Under the pieces are notes generated by a model. The model was not told the DNA's origin. It saw only the letters and a program-made list of their open reading frames with translations, and searched no databases. Position numbers and translations under genes: made by a program. This document shows positions 19,117 to 29,047 of a DNA stretch of 64,000 bases, piece by piece. This stretch comes from an uncultured virus (IMG/VR IMGVR_UViG_2562617076_000004) (taxonomy: Duplodnaviria; Heunggongvirae; Uroviricota; Caudoviricetes): IMG/VR virus record IMGVR_UViG_2562617076_000004; one strand, given 5' to 3'. Each line of letters opens with the position of its first letter. Within the stretch, counting starts at the first letter, position 1.

Positions 19117-20240
19117 CCTGGCCAACCGTGACCGTTAACCAGGTAAACCAGTTACTGGGTGAAACCAACGAGGTGGAGCGCACGTTGCTGTTTATCGGTA
19201 CGGGTACCAAAAATGTGGGTAAAACGCTGGCTGTTAATGCACAGAGTGACTTTAACGCACTACTGGGCGAGGGGAACAGCCCGTTAAAAAGCGATGTACT
19301 GGCGGCAATGGCGAACGCCGGCCAGAACTGGTGGGGATTTGTTCATGTACTGGCCGCAGACAGTGAGCCGGGCGCGTGGGTGGATGCCGTCAAAGCTGCA
19401 CAGGTTTCCTGCTCGGTGGAAGGCGTGGTGCTGTCGGATGATGTGGCGGCAAAAGAACAGATTAACCAGGCGGCAACGCTGAGATCTGAACTGATTGCGC
19501 AATACGGGCGCTGGGTGTGGTTCATCCTGGCGGTTCAGGGAATGCAGGAGGATGAAGCCCAGGCGGATTACCTGAAACGTCTGTCCACCCTTCAGCAGGG
19601 TATTGCAGAGAAAGCGGTTCAGCTGGTTCCGCGTCTGTGGGGGAATGAACCGGGCGTGCTGGCCGGTCGCCTGTGTAACCGGGCGGTGACGGTGGCTGAC
19701 AGCCCGGCGAGGGTGAAAACCGGGGCGCTACTTAATCTGGGCAGCGATGAACTACCGGAAGATGGCACCGGGAAAACACTGGAGCTGGCTACCCTTAAAG
19801 CGCTGGAAGCGCAGCGCTACAGCGTGCCGATGTGGTATCCGGATTATGACGGTTTTTACTGGGCTGACGGACGTACGCTGGATGTGGAAGGGGGGGATTA
19901 TCAGTGCATTGAGACGCTGCGTATTGTGGACAAGGCCGCCCGTCGTGTCCGTCTGCTGGCTATCGGTAAAATTGCCGATCGTTCGCTGAACAGTACGCCG
20001 GGCAGCATCGCGGCACACCAGACGTTGTTTGCCCGCCCACTGCGCGAAATGTCCACGGCGGCCAACATTAACGGTGTGTCGTTTCCGGGAGAGGTGAAGC
20101 CGCCGCAGGATGGAGATGTCTCTATTGTCTGGAAGAGCAAAAAGGCAGTGGATATTTACATTGTGGTACGCACGTATGAAGTGCCGCTGCAAATCACTAT
20201 CAGCCTGTTACTGGATGCCAGTCTGGAGGCCGCAGCATGA
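19113..20240 (+). CDS. Tail sheath protein (DUF2586, HP1-type)
   Basis: MTWPTVTVNQVNQ, GVLAGRL and DSPARVKTG motifs. Confidence 0.85.
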   Translation: MTWPTVTVNQVNQLLGETNEVERTLLFIGTGTKNVGKTLAVNAQSDFNALLGEGNSPLKSDVLAAMANAGQNWWGFVHVLAADSEPGAWVDAVKAAQVSCSVEGVVLSDDVAAKEQINQAATLRSELIAQYGRWVWFILAVQGMQEDEAQADYLKRLSTLQQGIAEKAVQLVPRLWGNEPGVLAGRLCNRAVTVADSPARVKTGALLNLGSDELPEDGTGKTLELATLKALEAQRYSVPMWYPDYDGFYWADGRTLDVEGGDYQCIETLRIVDKAARRVRLLAIGKIADRSLNSTPGSIAAHQTLFARPLREMSTAANINGVSFPGEVKPPQDGDVSIVWKSKKAVDIYIVVRTYEVPLQITISLLLDASLEAAA

Positions 20241-20692
20241 CCAAGCGTATTTCAGGCATGTCATTTGATGCCTACATCGATGGTGAACTGATCCATATAG
20301 AAAAAATTTCGCTGGATATCACGGATAACAGCGCCGCCGCCCAGACCCGTGGTGTGCCGGACGGCCATGTTGATGGTGATGTGGCCGCAGAGGGAGAAAT
20401 TGAAGTCAGTTCTAAAGTGCTTCAGGTACTGACAGCCAAAGCCCGCGCCGCAGGTTCGTGGCGAGGTATTGAACCGCTGGATTTTCTTTTCTACGCCAAA
20501 GCAGGCAGTGAAGAAGTGAAGGTCGAGACGTTCGGCAATAAATTGCAGTTAAGCAATCTGCTGGATATTGATCCAAAAGGCGGCAGCGTATCCACGCACA
20601 AAATTAAATACTTCGTGACCAGTCCGAAGTTCGTCAACATCAACGGGGTTCCGTATCTGGAAGCGGAAGCTACGGAAAATCTGATCGGGTAA
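20237..20692 (+). CDS. Tail tube protein (DUF2597, HP1-type)
   Basis: RISGMSFD...DGDVAAEGE...INGVPYL. Confidence 0.82.
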   Translation: MTKRISGMSFDAYIDGELIHIEKISLDITDNSAAAQTRGVPDGHVDGDVAAEGEIEVSSKVLQVLTAKARAAGSWRGIEPLDFLFYAKAGSEEVKVETFGNKLQLSNLLDIDPKGGSVSTHKIKYFVTSPKFVNINGVPYLEAEATENLIG

Positions 20693-20701
20693 GGAAAAGG
20701 G

Positions 20702-20995
20702 ATGCAGGACTACGAAAAAGGGTTTATTGCGCTGGCAATTATGGGGGCGCTGATTGCCCTGGGCAAGATGCTGAACAGTGACGAGCCGATCACGGCACGT
20801 CTGGTTCTGGGGCGTGTCATTGTGGGCAGCGCGTTATCAGTAGCGGCAGGGGTGGCGCTTTACTTCGTACCGGATATCCATCCGCTTGCGCTTGCCGGCA
20901 TTGGTTCAGCGTTGGGGATTCTTGGCCTTAATGGTGTTGAAGCCTGGCTACGTAAGAAAGGGATCGGTTTTCTGGGGAAGGGGGCTGACAAATGA
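20702..20995 (+). CDS. Holin
   Basis: 97 aa with 2-3 TM helices and a basic C-terminus, before the endolysin. Confidence 0.85.
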   Translation: MQDYEKGFIALAIMGALIALGKMLNSDEPITARLVLGRVIVGSALSVAAGVALYFVPDIHPLALAGIGSALGILGLNGVEAWLRKKGIGFLGKGADK

Positions 20996-21333
20996 CACTG
21001 AGTGAAAAACAGCAGCTGTTTACCGTTATGGTGGCAAATCTGATCCACTGGGCAGAAGAACACGGCTACCGGCTGACGTTCGGGGAGGCGTACCGCACGC
21101 CGGAACAGGCGGCGCTGAACGCGAAAAAGGGCAGCGGTATTACCAACAGTCTGCATACACGGCGTCTGGCAGTGGATTTTAACCTGTTTGTTAACGGCCA
21201 GTACCAGACCCGCACAGAGGATTACCTGCCGCTGGGCGAATACTGGGAGTCACTGGGCGGCAGCTGGGGCGGGCGCTTCAAATCCAGGCCGGATGGTAAT
21301 CATTTCAGTCTGGAACATGACGGGGTTCGCTGA
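20992..21333 (+). CDS. M15-family peptidase endolysin
   Basis: SLH..RLAVD, WGGRF and DGNHFS motifs. Confidence 0.88.
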   Translation: MTLSEKQQLFTVMVANLIHWAEEHGYRLTFGEAYRTPEQAALNAKKGSGITNSLHTRRLAVDFNLFVNGQYQTRTEDYLPLGEYWESLGGSWGGRFKSRPDGNHFSLEHDGVR

Positions 21334-21665
21334 TGGATCGTGTGGTGGCGGGCTGGCTTGTGACGGTTGTTCTGGCCTTCTGGGCAGGCTGGAAGGCGGC
21401 TAACTGGCAGCGTGACAGTATCGAGCTGGCCATCAGACGGTCAGCCAGCGCTACCGGGGAAACACTGGCGAGCATGACCAGTGAATCCGGGCGAAAACTG
21501 GAAGAACAACTGGAGGCTTTGAAAAATGCACCGCCGCGTGAAATTCGTACGGAGGTGGTTAAACCGGTGTTTACTAACGTGTGCCTGTCTGACGACTTTG
21601 TCCGCATGTACAACGACGCCGCCGCCAGTACCGAACGTGCGTTATCAGGAAAATCTGAAAACTAA
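21333..21665 (+). CDS. Rz-like inner-membrane spanin
   Basis: N-terminal TM helix, periplasmic coil and a C-terminal Cys. Confidence 0.72.
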   Translation: MDRVVAGWLVTVVLAFWAGWKAANWQRDSIELAIRRSASATGETLASMTSESGRKLEEQLEALKNAPPREIRTEVVKPVFTNVCLSDDFVRMYNDAAASTERALSGKSEN

Positions 21666-21825
21666 ATGCGTCACGCAGCTGCCGCGCCTGAAAGGGACTA
21701 CGGGTAAAGATGCTGCGGAACTGTTGAATGCGTATCTTGAAATTTATGGTCAGTGCGCAGCACGCCATAATCAGTTAATAGATGAAATTAATCGTAGAGA
21801 GAGTCTTTTATATGGAAAAAATTAA
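21526..21825 (+). CDS. Rz1-like lipoprotein spanin
   Basis: Overlaps Rz; lipobox LSAC followed by a Pro-rich stretch; start uncertain. Confidence 0.7.
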   Translation: MHRRVKFVRRWLNRCLLTCACLTTLSACTTTPPPVPNVRYQENLKTKCVTQLPRLKGTTGKDAAELLNAYLEIYGQCAARHNQLIDEINRRESLLYGKN

Positions 21826-22069
21826 ACTGTGTGTCTGTGGGACTGATATTGTTTTTGAACCAAATCAGACCGCCTATAATAAGTTTATTAATGAAATGGC
21901 AATGGACAATAAAGTGGCGCCTGCGCATAACTACCTGATGCGTATTGTTGCAACGGAAAGCAAGGAAGCTTTAGCTGAAATATTAAAACGTCCGGGCGCT
22001 GCGCTTCAGCTTGTCAGTAAGGTTAATGATATTTACGCCCCCGAACTGGAAATTGAAGTAAAAAACTGA
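21812..22069 (+). CDS. Tail assembly chaperone
   Basis: Upstream of tape measure; ends GTA AAA AAC TGA (slippery site). Confidence 0.8.
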   Translation: MEKIKLCVCGTDIVFEPNQTAYNKFINEMAMDNKVAPAHNYLMRIVATESKEALAEILKRPGAALQLVSKVNDIYAPELEIEVKN

Positions 22070-22260
22070 CAAAGCGAGTCCGGGCAATTGAACAGAACGG
22101 ACTCGAACAATATTTAATACTTCGCCGTCATTATTTACCACATGGTCAGGATTCCGTTGACGATATTGCTGCGGCTATCTGGCTGGATAACCGTCACTGG
22201 GAATATACAGGAATTGCTGTGGCCAATGGTGTGGCTAAAGCATTTAAAGGCACAGAATGA
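22060..22260 (+). CDS. -1 frameshift extension of the tail chaperone (G/GT-type)
   Basis: A AAA AAC heptamer at 22060-22066; -1 frame is open (KLTKRVRAIEQNGLEQYLILRRHYLP...AFKGTE) to a TGA overlapping the tape-measure ATG. Confidence 0.78.
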   Translation, partial: KKLTKRVRAIEQNGLEQYLILRRHYLPHGQDSVDDIAAAIWLDNRHWEYTGIAVANGVAKAFKGTE

Positions 22261-24227
22261 AACAGTTAGATTTTACATTAAGCCTGATTGATAAGTTGTC
22301 CCGCCCGTTAAAACAGGCACAGAGCAGCGTCACCGGCTTTGCGGAAAAATCAAAAGCGGCCTTTATGCAGATTGGCGGTGGTGTGCTGGCTTTAGCGGGT
22401 ACAGGAATGGCCATACGGGGTGCGTTATCACCGGCAATTGAAATGTATGATGCGCTGAATGATGCAGCATCAAAAGGGATTGATGATCAGGCATTAAAAG
22501 CCGTACAGCGGGATGCGCTGCGCTTCAGTACAACTTATGGCGCCAGTGCGGTGGAATTTGTTCAGTCCACTGAAAGTATTAATTCCGCTATTGCCGGGCT
22601 GACCGGTAATGAACTGCCGAAAGTGACAAAAGTTGCTAATACCCTGGCGTTTGCCCTGAAATCCACCGCCGCAGAAACGGCGGAATTTATGGGGCAGATG
22701 TTTGGTAATTTTTCCGCCGATGCGGAGCGTCTGGGCAAGGTTCAGTTCGCTGAGCAGCTGGCCGGAAAAATGGTGTATATGCGCAAGGTCTTCGGTACCG
22801 AAATGGGCACTATCAAAGACCTGATGGAAGGGGCGCGGGGCGTCGGTACCAACTACGGCGTCGGACTGGATGAACAGCTGGCCGTACTGGGGCAGCTTAA
22901 CCGCACGCTGGGAACGGAAGCCAGCAGCGCTTACGAAGGCTTTATGACGGGGGCAGTTGAAGGGGCAAAAAAACTGGGTCTGTCCTTTACGGATGCCACC
23001 GGCAAAATGCTGTCCATGCCTGAGATGCTGATTAAATTGCAGGGCAAATACGGCAAGAGCCTGGAAGGGAATCTGAAAGCCCAGGCGGAACTGGATGCGG
23101 CATTCGGTGACAGTTCGGCTGTGGTCAAACACCTTTACGGTAATGTGGCGCTTCTCCAGAGGAACATCACCGAACTGGGCGGATCTGACGGTCTGAAACG
23201 TACGCAGGAGATGGCCAGTAAACTGGTGAAACCGTGGGATCGGTTTGTACAAATCCTGAAAGCTATTCAGACCGTAATAGGGCTGACACTAATCCCGGTA
23301 TTGTATCCGGTGCTGAATCGTCTGGCGGATATGGGACAGACATTTGCCAGATGGATGCAGCTATTTCCCAACATTGCCCGTGTTATCGGCTACGCAGCTA
23401 TGGCGTTGCTGGGGTTTGCGGCAGTGGGCGCGGTTGCCAATATTGTGATGGGCGCTTCTAAGTTCATCATGGCAGGTTTACGCGGGATCTGGGTTGCCAT
23501 GACCGCCGTCACGAAAGCATATACGGCAATGGTATGGCTGGCACAAATTGCTGTTATCGCCTGGAATGCGACGCTTAAATTTTTGCGCGGAGCGTTGCTG
23601 GCCGTTCGTATGGCGGCAATCATGGCCGGAATCGGTATTAATCTTATGAGCTGGCCGGTCTTGCTTGTGATCGGGGCGATAGCGTTGCTTGCGGCGGGTT
23701 GCTGGTTGCTGATTAAACACTGGGATACGGTGAAAGCAGCTGTTATGGAAACATCCGCGTTTCAGGCATGTGCCAGGGCGGTGGCGTGGCTGGCCGGGGT
23801 GTTTTCCACAGCATGGCAATTTATCAGTGAAGGCTGGAACAGTTTTATTGCGCTATTAACAGGGTTTTCACCCTCACAGGCATTAAGTGGACTGGCGTCG
23901 GGTATTGTATCCATGTTTGATAATGTCTGGCAGTCCGTTAAAGGTGGTTTTCTGAAATCGTGGAACTGGATTGTTGAGAAGCTGAATAAAATACCCGGCG
24001 TTGATATCTCAATGGCTAATGAAACCTCTTCGCCACCATTAACAGTAAATAATTTATCTACAGGTGGCGAGCTAAAAGGAATTGATAAAGGTGGTATCAG
24101 TAAATCAGTCAGTAATAACTCAAGGTCTGTGACGGATAACAGCCGGAAAATTAATACTGTCAATATCTATCCAAAAGAAATGATAACGCCGGGGCAGTTA
24201 ATGGAGTTTCAGGAGCTGGGCGTATGA
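22257..24227 (+). CDS. Tail tape measure protein
   Basis: 656 aa, Ala/Gly-rich helical protein with hydrophobic segments. Confidence 0.92.
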   Translation: MKQLDFTLSLIDKLSRPLKQAQSSVTGFAEKSKAAFMQIGGGVLALAGTGMAIRGALSPAIEMYDALNDAASKGIDDQALKAVQRDALRFSTTYGASAVEFVQSTESINSAIAGLTGNELPKVTKVANTLAFALKSTAAETAEFMGQMFGNFSADAERLGKVQFAEQLAGKMVYMRKVFGTEMGTIKDLMEGARGVGTNYGVGLDEQLAVLGQLNRTLGTEASSAYEGFMTGAVEGAKKLGLSFTDATGKMLSMPEMLIKLQGKYGKSLEGNLKAQAELDAAFGDSSAVVKHLYGNVALLQRNITELGGSDGLKRTQEMASKLVKPWDRFVQILKAIQTVIGLTLIPVLYPVLNRLADMGQTFARWMQLFPNIARVIGYAAMALLGFAAVGAVANIVMGASKFIMAGLRGIWVAMTAVTKAYTAMVWLAQIAVIAWNATLKFLRGALLAVRMAAIMAGIGINLMSWPVLLVIGAIALLAAGCWLLIKHWDTVKAAVMETSAFQACARAVAWLAGVFSTAWQFISEGWNSFIALLTGFSPSQALSGLASGIVSMFDNVWQSVKGGFLKSWNWIVEKLNKIPGVDISMANETSSPPLTVNNLSTGGELKGIDKGGISKSVSNNSRSVTDNSRKINTVNIYPKEMITPGQLMEFQELGV

Positions 24228-24553
24228 ATGAAATCCTGTATGTTGATTTATTAATTCAGGGAAATGACTTTGTCCTGAATACCGGTAATGAACCTGAATT
24301 ATGTAATAACCGTAAAAGTATCGGGCAGGACATTATTCATTCCATTATTGAAAGCGGTCTGGCGACGGAATTAATTGCCGAGAGAAGCCCGACCATGCGG
24401 GCAGATATTTTTACCCGTATGGAATTACTGATTGAGGATGATGAACGTATCGTTCCGGGAACAGTGGAAATCGGTGAAGAAAGCCGGACACGGTTGTGGA
24501 TCACGGCCAGTACTTATGACTTCGGCGGAATATCGGTACAGGTGGATTTATGA
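24224..24553 (+). CDS. Baseplate protein (DUF2590, W-like)
   Basis: SIGQDIIHSIIESGL motif; precedes J. Confidence 0.75.
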   Translation: MNEILYVDLLIQGNDFVLNTGNEPELCNNRKSIGQDIIHSIIESGLATELIAERSPTMRADIFTRMELLIEDDERIVPGTVEIGEESRTRLWITASTYDFGGISVQVDL

Positions 24554-25734
24554 CGGAAAAGCCACAGGTTGACTTTGAAGAGGTGGTGAAAGCCAGCGGT
24601 ATGCCGGTGACGGAAGAAGAGATTCGCGATCGCTTTAATGCCATTGCGACGGAGGAGGGAATTATCACGAATACCTCCCGTATGTCTCCGTTCTGGCGAC
24701 TGGTCACGGCCATTGTAACCGCGCCGGTGATGTGGCTGAAGGAGGTTCTGATCTCCACCGTACTGGCCAATATGTTTGTGGCCACGGCCAGTGGAAGCAT
24801 GTTACGGCTGCTGGCATGGGCGGTGAATATCACGCCGAAGCCCGCCAGCGCTGCACAGGGCGTTATCCGTTTTTACAAGGAAGACGCCAGCGCCGTGGTG
24901 ACGGTGAAGGCCGGAACGGTGATACAGACAGAACGTATTAACGGCAGGGTGTATGAACTGGCCATCACGGAAGATGTGGTGATGGCCTCCGGTACCGCCA
25001 GCGCACTGCTGCCGGTGAAGGCAACGGGAACGGGCGGCGCATATAACCTTGCTCCGGGATATTACCGCATTCTGCCGGTGGCCGTGGACGGCATCAGCCA
25101 TGTGGCCAGTGAAGAAAACTGGCTGACCGTACCGGGCGCGGATGAGGAAAGCGATGATGAACTGCGTGAGCGTTGCCGTAACCAGTTTAACCTGGTGGGC
25201 AACTACCACACGGACGCGGTGTACCGGTCGATGATAGCCGGCGTTGCCGGACTGAGCATTGACCGGATTTTCTTTGAGCACGAAGCACCGAGGGGGCCGG
25301 GGACAGCCAACGCCTATTTATTGCTGGACAGCGGCGTGGCTTCTGCGCCGTTTGTGGATGCCGTGAATGACTATATCAACACGCAGGGGCATCACGGCCA
25401 CGGGGACGATATGCAGTGTTATGCCATGCCGGAAACCCTGCACGATCTGGCGGTCACTGTCTGGGTCAGGAACCTGAACAACATCAGTGATGATGAACAG
25501 AAGCGCCTGAAGGACGGTATTGAAAACCTGATCCGGTGCGCCTTCCGGGAAAATACGGACTATGACGTCAGAAGGACGTGGCCGTATTCACGGTTCTCCT
25601 TCTCGCAGCTGGGGCGCGAAATCCATAAAAATTTTCCGGTAACGGAATCGCTGAATTTTTCGCTGGATGACATTGCCAGTGAGCTGAATGTGCCGCGCCT
25701 GAAATCGCTTGTGGTGAGTATTGAGAATGAATGA
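24550..25734 (+). CDS. Baseplate J/gp47 protein
   Basis: GADEESDDELRER and PRGPGTAN motifs. Confidence 0.9.
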   Translation: MTEKPQVDFEEVVKASGMPVTEEEIRDRFNAIATEEGIITNTSRMSPFWRLVTAIVTAPVMWLKEVLISTVLANMFVATASGSMLRLLAWAVNITPKPASAAQGVIRFYKEDASAVVTVKAGTVIQTERINGRVYELAITEDVVMASGTASALLPVKATGTGGAYNLAPGYYRILPVAVDGISHVASEENWLTVPGADEESDDELRERCRNQFNLVGNYHTDAVYRSMIAGVAGLSIDRIFFEHEAPRGPGTANAYLLLDSGVASAPFVDAVNDYINTQGHHGHGDDMQCYAMPETLHDLAVTVWVRNLNNISDDEQKRLKDGIENLIRCAFRENTDYDVRRTWPYSRFSFSQLGREIHKNFPVTESLNFSLDDIASELNVPRLKSLVVSIENE

Positions 25735-26314
25735 GTTCATGAAAAAACTGGCCGGAATGGTACTTCCCTCCTGGATGGACAGGGGCGAGCCGCGAAAACT
25801 GCTGCAAACGGCGCGGCGATTCTGGGCGGAGGTGTACGGCTGGGTGACGTGGCCACTGAACCAGTTTGATCCGCTGACCTGTACACCGGCGTTACTTAAC
25901 CTGCTGGCGTATGACCGGGACATTTCCCGCTTTGACGGGGAGCCGCTGGAACTGTTCCGCAGGCGTGTGGCGTATGCCTTCGTGAATGCGCGTGACGCCG
26001 GTTCTGTTGAGGGATTTATCAGTATCTTTGAGCGTCTGGGGATCGGGTACGTTGAACTGATGGAGCGCCAGCCGGGCATTGACTGGGATGTGATTCAGGT
26101 TCGCGTCACGGACAGCCAGATTGCGACTAACACGCAGTTGATGATCCAGATTATCCGGCAGTACGGGCGGACATGCCGCCGTTACCAGTTTGAAGTGATC
26201 ACGTCCGAACGGCTGACTATCCGGGCGGGATGGGATCAGGGGGAATATGTGGTTTATCCGGCAGCACTGAGCGGTACGGAAACCAGCAGCGCAACGTACA
26301 GCGCAGGGTTATAA
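25727..26314 (+). CDS. Tail/baseplate protein (I-like)
   Basis: DPLTC...LLAYDRDI motif, synteny. Confidence 0.8.
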   Translation: MNEFMKKLAGMVLPSWMDRGEPRKLLQTARRFWAEVYGWVTWPLNQFDPLTCTPALLNLLAYDRDISRFDGEPLELFRRRVAYAFVNARDAGSVEGFISIFERLGIGYVELMERQPGIDWDVIQVRVTDSQIATNTQLMIQIIRQYGRTCRRYQFEVITSERLTIRAGWDQGEYVVYPAALSGTETSSATYSAGL

Positions 26315-26323
26315 GGGGATTAT

Positions 26324-28480
26324 ATGTCACAGACAACAATTACACTGGCATTTGAACAGTGGAAAGCGCAACAGGGTGCCACGGGGGAGCCTGTCCTGCT
26401 GGATGAATTTGTGTTCGCTAACGTACCGGGACTTGATCCGGATCAGCCGGTTGACCGCAATGAAACCCTGCCACCGGCTGAACAGATTGTTCACCGGCAG
26501 GCCGTCAGCCGTAAGGGTGTGGTGAATGACAACGCCGTGGTGCATTCCGTCGTACTGGGGGCGGACGTGGGGGATTTTTCCTTTAACTGGATTGGATTGC
26601 TGAATAAAGCCAGCGGTACGCTGGCAATGATTGTTCATGCGCCATTACAGCAAAAACTTAAAACAGCTGAAGGGCAACAGGGGAACGTGCTTACGCGCTC
26701 GTTTCTGATGGAATATAACGGTGCACAGGCTGAAACCGGAATTAATACGCCTGCTGAGACCTGGCAGATTGACTTTACCGCGCGTATGGCCGGAATGGAC
26801 GAGCGCCAGCGCCTGGAAAATATCGACATCTTCGGGGCGGCGGCGTTTTTTGGTGACGGCTATCTGGTCGGGAAAAGCGGGAATCAGTTTTATGTGACCA
26901 AAGGTACCGGCTATGTGGCTGGGCTGCGTACAACGCTTGCAGAGAATCTGAATATTACCGTGACAACCAGGCCGGTCAAAGTCTGGCTGGATGTATGCTG
27001 GACAGGAACGCTTACCAGCGTGTGGGGTGTGCAGTCCCGTATTACGGTTGCTGACAACCTGGCGGATTATGTGCAGAACGGCGTACAGCATTATGTGTTT
27101 GCGGTGGCGGATATTGATGAAAACGGCAATATTACGGATTTACGCCCGAAAGGGACGCTGAATGAGCAGCAGGCCAGCGATGCGCTGAGAAAACATGAAC
27201 AATCCCGTAACCATCCGGACGCCACAACCCGCGAAAAAGGGTTTGTGCAGTTAAGCAGTGATACGAACAGTGAGTCGGAATCACTGGCCGCAACGCCGAA
27301 AGCGGTTAAAACGGCTATGGATAATGCGAACGGGCGCCTGGAAAAAAACAGCAATGGCAGCGACATTCCTGACAAGGATTTGTTTGTACGTCGTATCGGT
27401 GCCGCGCGAGCGTTTGATGGCGCGGTGATTATCGGCGGTGATGATAATCCGTGGACGACGGCGGAATTTATCGTCTGGCTGGAGTCGCAGGGCGCATTCA
27501 ATCACCCGTACTGGATGTGCCGAGGGACATGGTCTTACGCTTTAAATAAAGTTATCACCGACACGGGCTGTGGCAATATCTGTCTGGCTGGCGCAGTGAT
27601 TGAGGTAATGGGAGTGCGTGGCGCGATGACTATTCGGGTGACAACGACCACCACAACGTCTGGTTACGGAATTGCCAGCGCTCAGTTTACCTATATCAAT
27701 AACGGCGATGGATATTCTCCGGGCTGGCGACGTGATTTCAACACCATAAATAAACCCACTGCCGGTGATGTGGGTGCATTGCCGATTACAGGGGGGCGGA
27801 TTAATGGGGCTTTAGGTATTGGTACTGACAATGCACTGGGCGGTAATTCGATTGTATTCGGCGATAACGATACAGGGTTTAAGTGGCACAGTGACGGCGT
27901 TCTGGGTATTTATGCCAATAATGCCCAGGTCGGTTATATCGACAATTCCGGGCTGCACATGCTGGCAGATATTCGCGCTACTGGTGTCGTGCGTGCCGGC
28001 AACGGAAAAACACTGACGTTATCGAGTGGTAACAATTCTGCACTGAATGCTGGTTTAAGTCTGTGGGGAGGTGGAGAACGTCCAACAGTCATTGAGCTGA
28101 GCGATGAACAGGGATGGCATTTATACAGTCAACGAAATACGGACGGAAGTATTTCATTTACTGTTAACGGTATCGTCTACTGTAACGCGTTAAATATAGG
28201 TGGCGCTATTTATCAGAATAACGGTGATATCTTTGGTTCGGTATGGGGAAATGGCTGGTTAAGTACCTGGATTCACAACAATGTAGTAAAAGCGGTCAGA
28301 CTTGGCCCCGTGGCGCTTTCTGGCGGTCTGTGGCGTGATTTTCAGCTTGGCGGCGGACAGGTGGTGACGGGGTTCCATACTGACGGTAGCTGGGAAATGG
28401 AAGGTGGTGATGACAAGGTTTATTACCGTCCCATTCAGTATCTGGTTGGTGATACGTGGGTGACAGCCCCAAGTGTATAA
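26324..28480 (+). CDS. Tail fibre protein
   Basis: Collar domain, HPDATTREKGFVQLSS repeat and GDNDTG fibre module. Confidence 0.93.
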   Translation: MSQTTITLAFEQWKAQQGATGEPVLLDEFVFANVPGLDPDQPVDRNETLPPAEQIVHRQAVSRKGVVNDNAVVHSVVLGADVGDFSFNWIGLLNKASGTLAMIVHAPLQQKLKTAEGQQGNVLTRSFLMEYNGAQAETGINTPAETWQIDFTARMAGMDERQRLENIDIFGAAAFFGDGYLVGKSGNQFYVTKGTGYVAGLRTTLAENLNITVTTRPVKVWLDVCWTGTLTSVWGVQSRITVADNLADYVQNGVQHYVFAVADIDENGNITDLRPKGTLNEQQASDALRKHEQSRNHPDATTREKGFVQLSSDTNSESESLAATPKAVKTAMDNANGRLEKNSNGSDIPDKDLFVRRIGAARAFDGAVIIGGDDNPWTTAEFIVWLESQGAFNHPYWMCRGTWSYALNKVITDTGCGNICLAGAVIEVMGVRGAMTIRVTTTTTTSGYGIASAQFTYINNGDGYSPGWRRDFNTINKPTAGDVGALPITGGRINGALGIGTDNALGGNSIVFGDNDTGFKWHSDGVLGIYANNAQVGYIDNSGLHMLADIRATGVVRAGNGKTLTLSSGNNSALNAGLSLWGGGERPTVIELSDEQGWHLYSQRNTDGSISFTVNGIVYCNALNIGGAIYQNNGDIFGSVWGNGWLSTWIHNNVVKAVRLGPVALSGGLWRDFQLGGGQVVTGFHTDGSWEMEGGDDKVYYRPIQYLVGDTWVTAPSV

Positions 28481-28492
28481 GAAGGAATAATT

Positions 28493-29047
28493 ATGACAGC
28501 GGCAAAAAATAAAAAGAACAAGCAGTTTTTAAATATTAAAAATTTCATTCCGTATACACCGGAACCAGACGACACATTATTCGCCGGTGCGGCGCATCTA
28601 CAATCAGAGGATGGTCAGGACTGGTATGCATGCCAGCAATTATTTTCAGCAGACACGCTGAAAATTACCTACGACGATAACGATGTTATTACGTGTATTA
28701 CGCGCGATATTTCCGGTTTATGGCCTGCTGGCCAGAGCGTGGCGGAGCTACCTGATACGGATGAAAACCGTCGCGCTGATATTTCAGGCGGCTGGCAGTT
28801 TAAAGACAGTAAAGTCGTTCAACGGGTTTATTCGCCGGAAGAGCTGCGTAAAAAGGCGGAAGCTGAAAAAGTTCGCCGCCTTGCTGAGGCTGAATCAGCC
28901 ATTGCACCACTGGCGCGGGCAGTAAAACTAAAAATTGCCACAGATGAAGAGATTAAACGGCTTGAAGCATGGGAACTCTACAGCGTAATGGTTAACCGTG
29001 TGGATACAGCTTCCCCTGACTGGCCGGAGGTACCGGATGTGGCGTGA
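28493..29047 (+). CDS. Tail fibre assembly protein
   Basis: SEDGQDWY...RVDT..PDWPEVP. Confidence 0.9.
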   Translation: MTAAKNKKNKQFLNIKNFIPYTPEPDDTLFAGAAHLQSEDGQDWYACQQLFSADTLKITYDDNDVITCITRDISGLWPAGQSVAELPDTDENRRADISGGWQFKDSKVVQRVYSPEELRKKAEAEKVRRLAEAESAIAPLARAVKLKIATDEEIKRLEAWELYSVMVNRVDTASPDWPEVPDVA

